From Sphingomonadaceae bacterium (GTDB lineage: Bacteria > Chloroflexota > UBA6077), in the NCBI GenBank assembly GCA_050261575.1, contig JBLNDL010000086.1, positions 1 to 47,882 of the forward strand: a stretch of DNA of 47,882 nucleotides, read 5' to 3'. Every line of letters begins with the position of its first letter. The first letter of the stretch is position 1. The notes beneath the pieces are model-generated. The model searched no databases and was not told the origin of the DNA. It saw only the letters and a program-made list of their open reading frames with translations. Position numbers and translations under genes: made by a program. Of the stretch, positions 46,590-47,882 are shown in pieces.

Positions 46590-47492
46590 ATGGAGATAGC
46601 ACTGAAGGGTCTCACCAAGACGTATGGCGCGGGTGCGAAGGCCGTCACCGCACTTCGAGGCATCGACCTCCTGATCGGCCCGGGGATGTTCGGCCTGTTG
46701 GGGCCGAACGGGGCCGGCAAGACGACGCTGATGCGGATCCTGGCAGGGCTGGTCAACCCCTCTGGTGGGAGCGTGCGCGTCGGCGGACACGATCTGGCCA
46801 GCGATGCAGGCAAGGTCGCGGTGAAGGCGATGCTGGGCTATCTGCCCCAGGAGCTGGGGCTCTACCCGGACCTCACCGCTAGACAGTTCGTGGACTACAT
46901 GGCGATACTCAAACGGATGTCAGACCCGATCAAACGCCGACGGCGCGTGGCCGAAATGCTCGAGGTCGTCGGCCTGGCCGACGTGGCCGACCGGAAGTTG
47001 AAGAGCTTCTCCGGCGGGATGAAGCGGCGGGTCGGGATCGCCCAGGCGCTTCTGAACGACCCTAAGTTGCTCATCGTCGACGAGCCGACGGCCGGGCTCG
47101 ACCCTGAGGAGCGGATCAGGTTCCGCAACCTGCTAGTGGAGTTGGCCGCCGATCGTATCGTGCTGCTCTCCACCCACATCGTCGAGGATATCAGCCAGAC
47201 CTGCCGGGACCTTGCCGTGCTGGACCGGGGGCAGATCCTATTCCGAGGGAGCCCTTCCGCACTGATCGAGGCAGCAAAGGGGGTGGTCTGGCAGATCAAG
47301 ACTGGCGACGGCCGCAAGCCCGACGATGGTCTCGTCGTGGTCTCGACGCTCCACCTGGCTGATGGCATCCAGTACAGGGTCGTCGGGGAGGCCGGCTCCT
47401 ACCCAGGCGCCCAGCCGGTCCAGCCGAGCCTGGAAGATGGATACGTCTGGCTGATGCAGGGTGGTGGAAGGCAGGAAACGGTGGTGGCGTGA
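46590..47492 (+). CDS. ABC transporter ATP-binding protein
   Basis: GPNGAGKTT, YLPQE, FSGGMKRR, IVDEPTAGLD, STH. Confidence 0.95.
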   Translation: MEIALKGLTKTYGAGAKAVTALRGIDLLIGPGMFGLLGPNGAGKTTLMRILAGLVNPSGGSVRVGGHDLASDAGKVAVKAMLGYLPQELGLYPDLTARQFVDYMAILKRMSDPIKRRRRVAEMLEVVGLADVADRKLKSFSGGMKRRVGIAQALLNDPKLLIVDEPTAGLDPEERIRFRNLLVELAADRIVLLSTHIVEDISQTCRDLAVLDRGQILFRGSPSALIEAAKGVVWQIKTGDGRKPDDGLVVVSTLHLADGIQYRVVGEAGSYPGAQPVQPSLEDGYVWLMQGGGRQETVVA

Positions 47493-47606
47493 CTCCCAGC
47501 CGTGGCCCCTGGCACCCGCCTTGCCCTCCCGCACTATCGCTATGGGGGCTGTTGCGCCCGGCATCCGGCCAGACACCCCGGACGACACGGCGAAGGTGCA
47601 GTTGCG

Positions 47607-47882
47607 ATGATCGCGAGAGTGGCACTGACCCTGGCGATGGCGGGAACATTGGCCGTGCTCACCGCCGAGGCCGAGGCCCTACCGATGGAGGTAGCCCCTC
47701 CGGCCCCCGCGGGGGATCCCGGCCTTCAGGCGGAGCTTGAAGGCTGCTTAGCCCGGCTGGAGGGCAGCTACGGGATCGCAACGGTCAGCCTGGAGGACGG
47801 CAGCACGGCCTACGTGGATGCCGATACCATCTACCCCGCCGCCAGCATGTACAAGCTGCTCGTCATGTACAGGGTGTTCCAG
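47607..47882 (+). CDS. Secreted serine hydrolase, class A beta-lactamase-like fold (5' part only; cut by the window end)
   Basis: Not in the ORF track. My translation: MIARVALTLAMAGTLAVLTAEAEALP...YGIATVSLEDG...ADTIYPAASMYKLLVM; signal peptide plus SxxK. Confidence 0.75.
   Translation, partial: MIARVALTLAMAGTLAVLTAEAEALPMEVAPPAPAGDPGLQAELEGCLARLEGSYGIATVSLEDGSTAYVDADTIYPAASMYKLLVMYRVFQ

Noticed and set aside
47489..47740. 83-aa ORF overlapping the ABC ATPase stop
   Set aside because: No protein-like features; a different frame from ATG 47607 gives a signal peptide and SxxK motif

Overview
GC-rich bacterial chromosomal window. It is probably Chloroflexota-like (inference from an N-terminal surface domain typical of that phylum and from several lipoproteins). 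It holds about 45 mostly housekeeping or catabolic genes: DUF362, MFS, rubrerythrin, VOC, an SCO/4Fe-4S membrane/FixH-YtkA module, an NCS2 permease, tctCBA, archaeal-type GAPDH, accDA, pfkA, cysE, glcD-glcF-glcD, an enolase-superfamily enzyme, an amidase, a soluble histidine kinase, an SdhA-like flavoprotein, an orphan DNA methyltransferase, hydratase/aldolase/dehydrogenase genes, clpC, an ECF sigma/anti-sigma/ABC cassette and a partial serine hydrolase. Signals the ORF track misses: (1) an AhpE-like peroxiredoxin split by an in-frame UGA exactly at the peroxidatic Cys position and followed by a SECIS-like hairpin, so a probable selenoprotein; (2) a ~320-nt candidate ncRNA with its own promoter and many nested, strand-specific helices upstream of the purine permease, plus a second structured leader; (3) a secreted lysyl-oxidase-like domain fused to a surface domain; (4) two dispersed repeat families (GTAG REP-like and heptamer palindromes) that often supply stop codons; (5) leaderless genes and gene remnants. 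No rRNA, tRNA, CRISPR array, transposase or prophage was seen. All calls come from reading motifs by eye; no searches or folding programs were run.
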